Virus record (IMG/VR): IMGVR_UViG_3300033156_000312
Coordinates: 1 to 64,000 of that record
DNA from: a virus
DNA length: 64,000 nucleotides
Strand: one strand, 5' to 3'
The notes beneath the pieces are model-generated. The model made no database searches, was not told the DNA's origin, and worked only from the letters and a program-made list of their open reading frames with translations. This document shows, piece by piece, positions 1-8,708 of this stretch. Each line of letters begins with the position of its first letter. Position 1 is the stretch's first letter. The translations under genes were made by a program, and so were the position numbers.

Positions 1-1
1 C

Positions 2-130
2 AAATTTCTTGATATTCGTTTTTATTATGAAACAGAAGAAGGAGATTATAAACCGACAAAAAAAGGAATTGCTATTCCGCTTGACTTAGTAGATAAAGTA
101 GTAAAAGCCATTAAAGAAGAAAACAAATAA
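2..130 (+). CDS. PC4/YdbC-family ssDNA-binding protein (5'-truncated by window edge)
   Basis: Manual translation KFLDIRFYYETEEGDYKPTKKGIAIPLDLVDKVVKAIKEENK*; the DIR.(F/Y)Y...KPTKKGI pattern is typical of PC4. Confidence 0.75.
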   Translation, partial: KFLDIRFYYETEEGDYKPTKKGIAIPLDLVDKVVKAIKEENK

Positions 131-170
131 CTACTATACTTTCTTCATATACTTTCTATATATATTTCTA

Positions 171-261
171 TTTATACTTAATATACTTAATAAAAATATA
201 TTAAGTATAAAAAAATTATTTAGTATTATTCGTAGTTATAAATAACTACTCATAATACTAA
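171..261. repeat. Two adjacent AT-rich inverted repeats (candidate origin or protein-binding sites)
   Basis: tttatacttaatata (171-185) pairs perfectly with tatattaagtataaa (197-211); ttagtattat-tc-gtagttat (220-239) pairs with ataactac-tc-ataatactaa (242-261). Confidence 0.7.
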
Positions 262-484
262 TGCTCTTTAATTTATAGTGATAATATTAAGTATCCAATT
301 GTGAGGGTAAAAACTGATGAACATACAAATTTTAGAAGAGAGAGCTATTAAACGAAAACATTATATGAAAAAATATAATGAAAAATACAGAATAAAAAAT
401 AATGATAATAGTTAGTAATATGGTCAATTATATGCTAAATAAGGTGTTAATAAGCAAAAAGTTAGTTATTTTCTCGTGTCTTAC

Positions 485-514
485 TTGACAGTGCCTATGT
501 CTGTATGATATACT
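485..514 (+). promoter_or_regulatory. Sigma70-type early promoter, copy 1
   Basis: TTGACA (485-490), 18 bp spacer, extended -10 TGaTATACT (506-514); RBS gggag before ATG 538. Confidence 0.75.
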
Positions 515-537
515 TATAGTAGAGTAAGGGAGATAAA

Positions 538-762
538 ATGGATAATAAAAGATTTACAAGTAAGGGAAGAAGTAGAAGAACAGTTAAAAATAAAGAGAGA
601 AAATTGAAAAGATTGTATCAAAGTCTTTTTAAAGCGTCTCTAAAAAAGAAAAAACAAAATCCACAGAAAACTTATTTTTGCGATAAGTTTAAAACTGTGG
701 ATTCTTTTTTAAAAATCATAAATATCAAACAATCTAATATAGAAAAAAAGTGGGAGACCTAA
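538..762 (+). CDS. Hypothetical basic early protein
   Basis: First ORF after the promoter, with RBS. Confidence 0.55.
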   Translation: MDNKRFTSKGRSRRTVKNKERKLKRLYQSLFKASLKKKKQNPQKTYFCDKFKTVDSFLKIINIKQSNIEKKWET

Positions 763-763
763 A

Positions 764-982
764 ATGGGAGCATTAATTGAAATCTTAAAAATTATAGAAA
801 CAAAAGAGGGCGGAGCAAAAATCACAATAGCTTATAATAACGATTTAAAAGAAACGGTTAAGAATTATTTTGGAGTTAAGACAGCTACAAAAAATCGCAT
901 TAAAACATTTTTATATCAAGCAATTATGGAAGGAATATTACGTCATAAAAGAAAAGGATTAGCGAGAGATGAAAAAGAATAA
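764..982 (+). CDS. Hypothetical protein
   Basis: ORF with GGAG RBS in a tightly packed operon. Confidence 0.6.
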   Translation: MGALIEILKIIETKEGGAKITIAYNNDLKETVKNYFGVKTATKNRIKTFLYQAIMEGILRHKRKGLARDEKE

Positions 983-1220
983 AGAACAATTAGTTTGGAT
1001 GACAGATATTGATACTTACGCAGAGATAGTAGAACTTGCTCAAAAAAGAGGAAAGAAAACAGGAGATAGTATGCAACAGGAATTTGAGGAAATTTTGAAG
1101 AAACGAAAAATTAAATTATTGGGACAAACGGATTACGATTTAGATTTACTCACAGGCAATATAAGAGAGATGGGATTAAAAGTTTTAAATTTGAAAGAAT
1201 TAAATAGGAGAAAGAAATAA
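969..1220 (+). CDS. Hypothetical protein
   Basis: Overlapping ORF in the operon. Confidence 0.6.
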   Translation: MKKNKEQLVWMTDIDTYAEIVELAQKRGKKTGDSMQQEFEEILKKRKIKLLGQTDYDLDLLTGNIREMGLKVLNLKELNRRKK

Positions 1221-1387
1221 TGCTTAACCTAATCAAGAAAGGTAAAAAATATATTCTTCAAGCAGTTAGAGATACTGGCGAGAAGATATTTGAATATACT
1301 ATGAATTGGGAAGAGTATGTAGAATTATTTTGTCAAATATCTGAAACTGTATGTAATGTTTTAGGAGAGAAAAAGACCAAAAAATGA
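1220..1387 (+). CDS. Small hypothetical protein (55 aa, not in ORF track)
   Basis: MLNLIKKGKKYILQAVRD...KKTKK*; TAATG coupling and AGGAG RBS. Confidence 0.55.
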   Translation: MLNLIKKGKKYILQAVRDTGEKIFEYTMNWEEYVELFCQISETVCNVLGEKKTKK

Positions 1388-1557
1388 TAGAAATGTTATT
1401 AAAATTATTAATTATTCTGATTTTAATAGGAATTATAATTTGCGTATTTCTACCGTTTTTATTTGTAGTAGCTTTGTTTATAACAGGAATAGTTGCTGGA
1501 ATAGTATCAGCAACAACAAAATTTATTGAATATATAATTAACTTATTCAGGAGATAA
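1384..1557 (+). CDS. Small membrane protein (57 aa, not in ORF track)
   Basis: MIEMLLKLLIILILIGIIICVFLPFLFVVALFITG...; ATGA overlap and AGGAG RBS. Confidence 0.55.
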   Translation: MIEMLLKLLIILILIGIIICVFLPFLFVVALFITGIVAGIVSATTKFIEYIINLFRR

Positions 1558-1558
1558 A

Positions 1559-1783
1559 ATGAGAAAAAAAGATGTTGAATTATTTTCAAAAGCCATTCAT
1601 ACGCTCAAAGCTCTTATGCAACATTTAGCAGATGAAAGAGAAAATTATCATAAACAAGTAGATTTGCTTACTACACAACATGATGTCAGAATAAACAATA
1701 TGTTAAAAGAGGCAAAGGAAGTTTTAGATAAAGTATATGAATTGTATGAAGATTTGTATCATAATGGAAATGAGGGAGAATAA
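1559..1783 (+). CDS. Hypothetical coiled-coil protein
   Basis: ORF with AGGAG RBS. Confidence 0.6.
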   Translation: MRKKDVELFSKAIHTLKALMQHLADERENYHKQVDLLTTQHDVRINNMLKEAKEVLDKVYELYEDLYHNGNEGE

Positions 1784-1949
1784 TGATAAAACTTATTTTA
1801 ATCTATTGCCAGCCCTTAACAGTTATAATATTTATTATTGCAGGAATAGCTCACTTATTTCTAAAACATTGGCAATTTGGTTTAATGAATTTAACTTTAG
1901 CATGGTTTAATTTTCTATGTTTTTATGGACATTCAATTTTTAAATAAAA

Positions 1950-2342
1950 ATGAGAAAAAAAATTAAAAAACAATTAATACAATTAGCTCAAAATAACAAA
2001 AAAGGTTATCCCTTTTCTGCTTGTATAAAATATAGAAATAATTTTTATTATGCAGTTAATGAAGTTATTACTACGAATGACCCAACAGCACACGCAGAAA
2101 TTCAAGTTATTCGATTAGCTTGTAAAAAAGAAAAAAAAGAAACATTAAAAGGGGCAAAATTGTATTGTTCAGGAGAACCTTGTCCAATGTGTTTAACAGC
2201 AATCGCATGGGCAGGAATTAAGGAAATATTTTATATTAATCCCTATTTTTTAGCTACTTCTAATAATTGTTATTATGATAGGTCTTCTAAGAAAGTTAAT
2301 AAATTTTTAAATCTAAAAAGAAAAATTATAAAGTTAAAATAA
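1950..2342 (+). CDS. Zn-dependent nucleoside/nucleobase deaminase (GuaD/TadA-like)
   Basis: DPTAHAE and EPCPMC motifs. Confidence 0.85.
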   Translation: MRKKIKKQLIQLAQNNKKGYPFSACIKYRNNFYYAVNEVITTNDPTAHAEIQVIRLACKKEKKETLKGAKLYCSGEPCPMCLTAIAWAGIKEIFYINPYFLATSNNCYYDRSSKKVNKFLNLKRKIIKLK

Positions 2343-2356
2343 AGGAGAAAATAAAA

Positions 2357-2713
2357 ATGCCTTATATTTCAAACGAGAATGATAGAAGAGAGAAATTAAG
2401 AAATGGAGAATCTGCACTTACAGCAGGAGAATTGAATTATCAAATATTTTATTATGTTAAACATAATTTTTTTGAAGTGTCTGAAAAAATAGCATATAAT
2501 ACCATTAAATTTTTTGTTGATAATTTTTTAGGAACGAAACCAAACTATCAAAAATATAATGATATGACTGGATGTTTAATTCGTTGTTTTAAAGAACTGA
2601 AAAGACGAAAGAATATAGAAGTTTGGTTATTGAAAGATATAATGAATAGTTATGATGATGAAATAGCCAAATATGAAGATACAAAAATTCAAAGTAATGG
2701 AGATGTGGAATAA
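2357..2713 (+). CDS. Conserved phage hypothetical protein (MPYI...AGELNY...YED.KI..NGDV type)
   Basis: Strong RBS; N- and C-terminal motifs recalled from phage proteins. Confidence 0.55.
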   Translation: MPYISNENDRREKLRNGESALTAGELNYQIFYYVKHNFFEVSEKIAYNTIKFFVDNFLGTKPNYQKYNDMTGCLIRCFKELKRRKNIEVWLLKDIMNSYDDEIAKYEDTKIQSNGDVE

Positions 2714-3399
2714 TGTTTGCTAATATTTTACGATTTCTTAAAATAAAAATATTTTATGTTTATTTGGCGGGCCCTATTGAAATGGATAAAAAGGAAGGCG
2801 GACAAGGGTGGAGAAATAATATAACTCCCTCTTTAGATAAAATAGGAATTTATGTTCAAGACCCATGTCGCACCGAGCCTTTAGTTACTGATATGACGGT
2901 TATAGAAGCTCAAGAGAAATTTAATGGTTGGATTCAATCAGGTAATTATGAATTATTTACTAACAAATTTGAAAAAGTTGTTTATAAAGACATACGAATG
3001 GTTCATAAAAGCGATTTTCTTATTGTCCATCTTTTCCCTGATATTCCTACCACAGGCACAATTCACGAAATGAGCGAAGCGTGGAGACAACGCAAACCTA
3101 TTTATTTAATATGGAAAGATGCCAAAAGCAAATTATCAAAGTGGGCATTATATTTAGTCATATCTTCTGGAGGAAAACTATTTGAAAGTGAAAATAAATT
3201 GATAGAATTTTTAAATGTGAAATACGAAATAACAAATCAAAGTTTTAGAACTCAAATAATTCAATTACTCAAAGCTATTGGCAGATTAATTGAAGAAAAA
3301 ATTTATCGCCGTAAATTAAATCAAATTAAGAAAAGTATTGTAGATTTAATTGACACGAAAAAAGAAGAAAAGGAAGAAATAAAAAAGGAAGAGAAATAA
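2713..3399 (+). CDS. Nucleoside 2-deoxyribosyltransferase-like / nucleotide N-glycosidase
   Basis: VYLAGPI...WR...DP...D.RMV.KSD...TGTIHE...A...KP. Confidence 0.7.
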   Translation: MFANILRFLKIKIFYVYLAGPIEMDKKEGGQGWRNNITPSLDKIGIYVQDPCRTEPLVTDMTVIEAQEKFNGWIQSGNYELFTNKFEKVVYKDIRMVHKSDFLIVHLFPDIPTTGTIHEMSEAWRQRKPIYLIWKDAKSKLSKWALYLVISSGGKLFESENKLIEFLNVKYEITNQSFRTQIIQLLKAIGRLIEEKIYRRKLNQIKKSIVDLIDTKKEEKEEIKKEEK

Positions 3400-3716
3400 T
3401 GGGACAAATCACGATATGTGATATTTGTAAACAAGTTATTAGCGAAGGAGATAAAAAATATATAATGGGAATTAATCCTGTTAATGAAAGTGGAAGAATA
3501 AAGAAAAAAGTAACAGATTTTCACGAAACCGCTGAAATATTAATTAGTAATACTTATAGATATGGTAAATGCCAGCTTTTTGAGATATGCACAGAATGTA
3601 AGAAAGTTTTGGAGTATCTTTTTAGATTAAGAAAAAAAGAACTTAAAAAATTAAAAAGAGAAGTTGAAAAGATGTATAAGATAAAAAAAGAAGGAGAAGA
3701 AACTGGGAGGCAATAA
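3399..3716 (+). CDS. Hypothetical Zn-binding protein
   Basis: CDIC ... CTEC. Confidence 0.55.
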   Translation: MGQITICDICKQVISEGDKKYIMGINPVNESGRIKKKVTDFHETAEILISNTYRYGKCQLFEICTECKKVLEYLFRLRKKELKKLKREVEKMYKIKKEGEETGRQ

Positions 3717-4270
3717 TGAATTTGAAACATCATATTAAATGGTTCGATGAAATTAAAGGTCAATTTCGTTATGGTGGACAGAAATATGCTCATTCTAACC
3801 AAAAAGAAAGCACAGACGTTTTATTTGAGAATTTTGGAAAAAATTGGTTGTTTGGGACATTAGCAAAATATATCTTTAGATACCGCAATAAAGCAAGAGA
3901 AAGAGACCTTTTAAAAATAGCGTGTTATTCTTTTATTTTATGGCTAAAAAGAGGGTTTCATTTAGATAGAAAAGGCTCAAAAGGAATTATAAATACAACT
4001 GTAGATATTAAATCCAAATATTTTCAAACATTTAGTAATAGAGTCTTTGATTTTATAGGAGATTTTAATGATTTAGATTTGAGTTTAGAAATAGCATTAG
4101 ATAAAATTTATGATATGTTATATTATTTCGGGAAAACTGAATTTCAAGAGATAAAGGAAAGTCAATTATTTGAAATATTTGCTTTGTGCTATTATATTTG
4201 GGAAAACGATATTCCAACAGAACAGAAAGGAACAGACCAAGATATTTACAATGCAACAGACAGAAAATAA
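3716..4270 (+). CDS. DUF3310-like phage protein
   Basis: GTLAKYIFRYRNK...DLLKIA resembles the G..IKY..R...K....DL.KA motif. Confidence 0.45.
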   Translation: MNLKHHIKWFDEIKGQFRYGGQKYAHSNQKESTDVLFENFGKNWLFGTLAKYIFRYRNKARERDLLKIACYSFILWLKRGFHLDRKGSKGIINTTVDIKSKYFQTFSNRVFDFIGDFNDLDLSLEIALDKIYDMLYYFGKTEFQEIKESQLFEIFALCYYIWENDIPTEQKGTDQDIYNATDRK

Positions 4271-4428
4271 TTCAGAAAGAATTATCATAGGATATTGTCA
4301 ATATTGTTTAGAAAATATTTACTTATATGATACTTATATCACACGCAGAAATTATAATTGTGATAATATTACAGAAAAATATCATGTAAGTTGTTATTAT
4401 TTACAATTTCCACAAGGAGAAGAATATT

Positions 4429-4725
4429 ATGAATAAAAATGAATTAGAAGCAATAGCCGAAGAAATAACAAAAGCAACTAAATACTTACAAAATGCCAGT
4501 AAAATGATAGAAAAATTGCCTGATGATGACCACAAAAAACTTTTATCTTCTTATATAACAAGTGTCGGATTATCTAATTTTTATTTAGGATTAGGGATGG
4601 CTTCAATATTTAGCACATTATCTGATAATTCTTCTTCTACAATATCAACTAAAAATTTCAATGAATTAATGAAACGATTGATGAGGGAAAAGGAAAATGA
4701 TAGTGAAAGTGAGACAGATAAATAA
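4429..4725 (+). CDS. Hypothetical protein
   Basis: ORF with AGGAG RBS. Confidence 0.55.
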   Translation: MNKNELEAIAEEITKATKYLQNASKMIEKLPDDDHKKLLSSYITSVGLSNFYLGLGMASIFSTLSDNSSSTISTKNFNELMKRLMREKENDSESETDK

Positions 4726-4921
4726 TAGAGAACAACAAGATAGAGAATTAGGAAAAGCTTTGAAAATTTTAAAAAGAAAGCTTGCAAAAGAAGGGGTATT
4801 TCAAGTTTTGAAACAAAAACGATATTATATTAAGCCAAGTGAAATAAAACATAAAAAAGCTATGGATTTAAGACATAAAAAGAAATTGACGGAGCGAAAT
4901 CGTGGAAAAAAGAAAAGATAA
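4697..4921 (+). CDS. rpsU: Phage-encoded 30S ribosomal protein bS21
   Basis: KALKILKRKLAKEGVFQVLKQKRYYIKPSE matches the bS21 ALR.FKRK....G...E...R.YYEKPS signature. Confidence 0.85.
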   Translation: MIVKVRQINNREQQDRELGKALKILKRKLAKEGVFQVLKQKRYYIKPSEIKHKKAMDLRHKKKLTERNRGKKKR

Positions 4922-5738
4922 AGTTATAATACTGGATTATGGGATATTTATGTTTAGAAGTATTTATTCTTGGAGAAATAATAAACAAATTCCTCCAGAA
5001 TACACGTGTTTAAATATGATGACTTCTTGTTTGAAAAAAATCGGTGTAGAACCAATGGATACTATTATTGTAGCATGTGATTATGGAAGAAGTTGGAGAA
5101 AAGATGTAGATAAACAATATAAAGCTGATAGAAAAGAAGCCAGAGAACGACAAACAGACATAAATTGGGAAGATATGTTCAAACGATTTAACGAATTAGA
5201 AAAGAAAATTCAAATTGGAACTGATTGGCATGTAGTAAAGGAATGGTCTTTCGAGGCAGATGACCTTATGGCAGTTGCTTGTCGCTATTATAAAGATAAA
5301 GAAGTAATATTGGTAACGTTTGATGCCGATGTTGAGCAACTGAGTATTTATGATAATGTGAAAATCTTTTCTCCACTAAAAAAATATAAAGGCAAAAAAG
5401 GCGGATATAAACATGTGAAAGAACCTTTGAAAGTATTAGCTCAAAAAATAGAGAAAGAAACGGCTGATAATTTAACTAATCCCATATTAAGCAAAGAGGA
5501 CTATGAAAAGAGAGAACAAATAGTTTCTTTGCTGACACTTCCAGAATTTGTAGAAAATAGAATTAAAGATATTTACGATAATTTGACTGAAAAAGAATAT
5601 ATAAATGACAATGCAATTCCATATTCTACTATGCGAAATAAAATAGCTACTCTTTATAATAATAAAAAGGATATTGTGAACTATGAAGATTCCATAAATT
5701 ATAAACCAAAGAAAAGAAGAAAGAAATGCAAAAAATAA
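4902..5738 (+). CDS. 5'-3' exonuclease / flap endonuclease (T4 RNase H-like)
   Basis: IILD, D..RSWRK...YKADR, FEADD and DAD..QL motifs. Confidence 0.85.
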   Translation: MEKRKDKVIILDYGIFMFRSIYSWRNNKQIPPEYTCLNMMTSCLKKIGVEPMDTIIVACDYGRSWRKDVDKQYKADRKEARERQTDINWEDMFKRFNELEKKIQIGTDWHVVKEWSFEADDLMAVACRYYKDKEVILVTFDADVEQLSIYDNVKIFSPLKKYKGKKGGYKHVKEPLKVLAQKIEKETADNLTNPILSKEDYEKREQIVSLLTLPEFVENRIKDIYDNLTEKEYINDNAIPYSTMRNKIATLYNNKKDIVNYEDSINYKPKKRRKKCKK

Positions 5739-5781
5739 AATGCCCAAAATGAAAATCCTGAGCTTATAAAGGAGAAATAAT

Positions 5782-5898
5782 ATGAAAGGAAACGTTGGGT
5801 CAAGAAATAAACATTCGAGGAAAAATAAAAGGCATCGTTTCAAAAAAAGACGAAGATTAATGAGACATCGCCGTAAATCAAGAGGTGGAAGACAATAG
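5782..5898 (+). CDS. 38-aa Arg/Lys/His-rich peptide (not in ORF track)
   Basis: MKGNVGSRNKHSRKNKRHRFKKRRRLMRHRRKSRGGRQ*; AAGGAG RBS. Confidence 0.6.
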   Translation: MKGNVGSRNKHSRKNKRHRFKKRRRLMRHRRKSRGGRQ

Positions 5899-6070
5899 TG
5901 GATAAGAGCAAACTTGAACATATAAAAATTTATATCAATCGTAAAGGTAAAAGAAAACTTACGAAGGCATTAATAGTCAAAGAAAATGCTAAAACAGTGT
6001 GGGTTGTATTAAAAGATGGAAATATTATTAAAAGACACAAAAAACGAGATATAAAAGGAGGGAAATAATA

Positions 6071-6451
6071 ATGACAGAAGTTAGAAAAGATGGAAATATT
6101 CCAGAAGAAGTTAAAAATCAGATTATGCCAGATAGCAAGAAAAGAGTAATCACAGAAAAATTATCTCAACGTTATCTCGATGATTTAGAGAAAATAAACA
6201 GAGAAAAACAACAGCTTCTAAATCAAATGTTAAGCATTTCTGTAAGAATAGTTGACATGCAGAAACAACAGCAAACTATTCGAGAAAAAATACAGAATAA
6301 TACTCAAAAACAACAAAATACTCTTGAACACGCTTTTAAAAAGATGAAACTTGGTAAGAAAAAAGAATATCGTTGGCAATTTAGGCAAGATAGTTTTGTG
6401 GGAGTATTAAATCCCACAAAGAAGAAAGCTCCAGAAAATCCGAAAAAATAA
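6071..6451 (+). CDS. Hypothetical coiled-coil protein
   Basis: Gln-rich helical ORF with GGAGG RBS. Confidence 0.65.
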   Translation: MTEVRKDGNIPEEVKNQIMPDSKKRVITEKLSQRYLDDLEKINREKQQLLNQMLSISVRIVDMQKQQQTIREKIQNNTQKQQNTLEHAFKKMKLGKKKEYRWQFRQDSFVGVLNPTKKKAPENPKK

Positions 6452-6463
6452 GGAGGAAAAACA

Positions 6464-6994
6464 ATGAAATTCAAGGTAGCCTTTTATAAGAATGGGAGCT
6501 ATCTAATTAAGATGGTTCTTGATGAAGGTGAAGAAGTTTGGGCAAAAACTACAAAAAAAGTTCATGATTATGCTAAAAAGAACTTTACAGAGAATGAAGA
6601 GTGTGATTACGATTATGAAGAAAAGAATGGTGAATACTTCATAAATCGTATTTTGAAAAAAGGTTCTGGCACTACAAAGAAATCTTCTAAAACAGAAAAC
6701 AGAAAGAAATATTGTGAATGTGGAGCTGAAATAAAGAATACAAAGTATGATAAATGTTACACTTGCAATCAGAAAAGCGGAAAAACTGACAGCAGTGGGA
6801 AACCTAATTATGGTGCAGGTGCACCTTATGGAAGCTTACTCCCAGATGAAGCAGAAAGAAGAAACAAATTAGCAACACTTTCTTCCGTCTGTGAAGCTGT
6901 GCAAGTTATGACAGGTCAAGTGCAAGACGCAGACACACTTGCCGATATGATTTTAGTGATTTATGATAAATTATATGACAAATTATTCAGATAA
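6464..6994 (+). CDS. Hypothetical protein with Zn ribbon (possible ssDNA-binding protein)
   Basis: Strong AGGAGG RBS; beta-rich N-terminus; CEC...CYTC; function is inference. Confidence 0.45.
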   Translation: MKFKVAFYKNGSYLIKMVLDEGEEVWAKTTKKVHDYAKKNFTENEECDYDYEEKNGEYFINRILKKGSGTTKKSSKTENRKKYCECGAEIKNTKYDKCYTCNQKSGKTDSSGKPNYGAGAPYGSLLPDEAERRNKLATLSSVCEAVQVMTGQVQDADTLADMILVIYDKLYDKLFR

Positions 6995-7013
6995 TTTGAA
7001 AGAAGGTGTAAAT

Positions 7014-7598
7014 ATGTCGAAGAAAATAAAACATAAAAAGAACCCTGCTCACAGAGGAAAAGAACAAAAGATAGATATAGAACAGATATTGCTCAAAAAT
7101 CGTCAGTTATTTTTATTTGGTGCGATAGATGAAAAAATGGCATACAATGTAACTCAACGAATGATAGCTCTTGCCAGAATTAGCTCAGAACCTATTGTGC
7201 TATACATTAATTCGTCTGGCGGTTGTGTAGATGATGGATTTGCGATAATTGATTGTATGAAAGGAGTTAATGTTCCTGTCATCACGTTTATAGTAGGAAA
7301 CGCTTGTTCAATGGCAGGATTAGTTGCAATAGCAGGGGATAAGAGAGTAATAACGGAACATTCAGTGATAATGTTTCACGATATGCAAGCAGGTATTATA
7401 GACTATGCAACAAAAATAGAAGATAGAGCAGAATTTTATAAAAGAGAACAGAAAAAATTGTTTGATTTTATTCGAAAATATACAAACCTATCAGAAAAAG
7501 AAATCCAAAAAGCTATTCATGGAGAACTATGGTTATATCCTCAAGAATGTATTAAAAAAGGTATAACTGATATGATTGCTGGCGATAAGGAGAAATAA
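7014..7598 (+). CDS. clpP: ClpP-family (S14) serine protease
   Basis: LYINSSGG, GNACSMAG (catalytic Ser), IMFH (His); start moved to MSKK after GAAGGTG. Confidence 0.88.
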   Translation: MSKKIKHKKNPAHRGKEQKIDIEQILLKNRQLFLFGAIDEKMAYNVTQRMIALARISSEPIVLYINSSGGCVDDGFAIIDCMKGVNVPVITFIVGNACSMAGLVAIAGDKRVITEHSVIMFHDMQAGIIDYATKIEDRAEFYKREQKKLFDFIRKYTNLSEKEIQKAIHGELWLYPQECIKKGITDMIAGDKEK

Positions 7599-7863
7599 AA
7601 TGATAAGAAATAAAACTCATATTTTTAGGATAATGACACTATTGTTTAAGGTTTGGGTAAGAAATCCTAATTTAAGATTTTGTCAATTGATACAAAACTG
7701 TTTTAGAAGTAGTTGGGCCAACAAAGATGAAAAAATTTATTACGGACAAGGGAAAGATATTTATTACGAAGAAGATAAAGAATTAGAACGTAGATTGAGA
7801 GAAGTTTATTTGAGAGGAGATAGTAATGGGAACACTAATAAGAATACTAAAAGCAAGTTTTAA
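7576..7863 (+). CDS. Hypothetical phage protein
   Basis: W...P.LRFCQL...DIYY.ED motif. Confidence 0.5.
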   Translation: MLAIRRNKMIRNKTHIFRIMTLLFKVWVRNPNLRFCQLIQNCFRSSWANKDEKIYYGQGKDIYYEEDKELERRLREVYLRGDSNGNTNKNTKSKF

Positions 7864-8563
7864 ACCATTATTGATTGTATTATTAGTTTTCAACTTGATA
7901 GCTATTTATAATTTGCTTGAAACCCTTGCAATATTTCAACAACAAATAAATCTAAAAGAGGAAATATTACTTCAAGAAATTCAATGTTTGAGAAAAGAAA
8001 TTAAAACCGTAGATATACCCGAAATTGAAAAATTGAAAAAAGCAAATGTATTAATAGAAAATGTAACTATAAAACGTTGTGGGTCGGGGACACATATCAA
8101 AATAGATAAAAAAAGTTATATTTTGACTTGTGCTCATTTAATAAAAGAGAATAATAATATAATTAACGCTAAATTAGATAATGGAGATACGCATCCATTA
8201 CAATTATTAAAAAAGAATAAAGAATTAGATTTAGCTTTATTTAAAATTTGGGCAGTGGGGGATTTGCCTTATTTAGAAATTAGTGATGAAGAACCGAAAG
8301 AAGGAAGCGAAGTAACTGTAATAGGAAATCCCAACGCTATTGTTGATGTTGTAACAGATGGAATAATATCACATATAGACGATAAAGGATATACTATTAC
8401 AAATACAATATTTTTTGGAAGTAGTGGGGGTTGTGTTATATACAAAAATCGCATCATTGGAGTAGTTACACAATTTCGTATTTTCTTTAATCCTCCTGTA
8501 ATAGCCAATTATGGTTATGCTATAAAATTAAGTATAATTCAAGAATTTTTAAAAGGACTATAA
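7826..8563 (+). CDS. Membrane-anchored trypsin-like (S1C/HtrA-like) serine protease, no PDZ
   Basis: N-terminal hydrophobic segment; TCAH, DLAL and GSSGG catalytic triad. Confidence 0.85.
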   Translation: MGTLIRILKASFKPLLIVLLVFNLIAIYNLLETLAIFQQQINLKEEILLQEIQCLRKEIKTVDIPEIEKLKKANVLIENVTIKRCGSGTHIKIDKKSYILTCAHLIKENNNIINAKLDNGDTHPLQLLKKNKELDLALFKIWAVGDLPYLEISDEEPKEGSEVTVIGNPNAIVDVVTDGIISHIDDKGYTITNTIFFGSSGGCVIYKNRIIGVVTQFRIFFNPPVIANYGYAIKLSIIQEFLKGL

Positions 8564-8564
8564 A

Positions 8565-8708
8565 ATGAGAGACCCAAAATTACATTCTCGTTACATAGAT
8601 GGTAGAACATTAAAAGCTTATTACTGCATAGAACCTAATTGTAATAACGATTTTATTTGTAAATTTTGCGGAAAATCGCAAATTAAAAAGAAAGGTGATG
8701 ACAAATGA
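8565..8708 (+). pseudogene. N-terminal remnant of a Zn-finger HNH endonuclease
   Basis: MRDPKLHSRYIDGRTLKAYYCIEPNC... resembles NYIDGRCLKKHYCKDC of the 38335 HNH; no nuclease domain follows. Confidence 0.5.

Noticed and set aside
7014-7598. ClpP as prohead maturation protease
   Set aside because: It is in the early arm on the opposite strand from structural genes, next to membrane proteases; the head module is outside the window, so this is not fully excluded.
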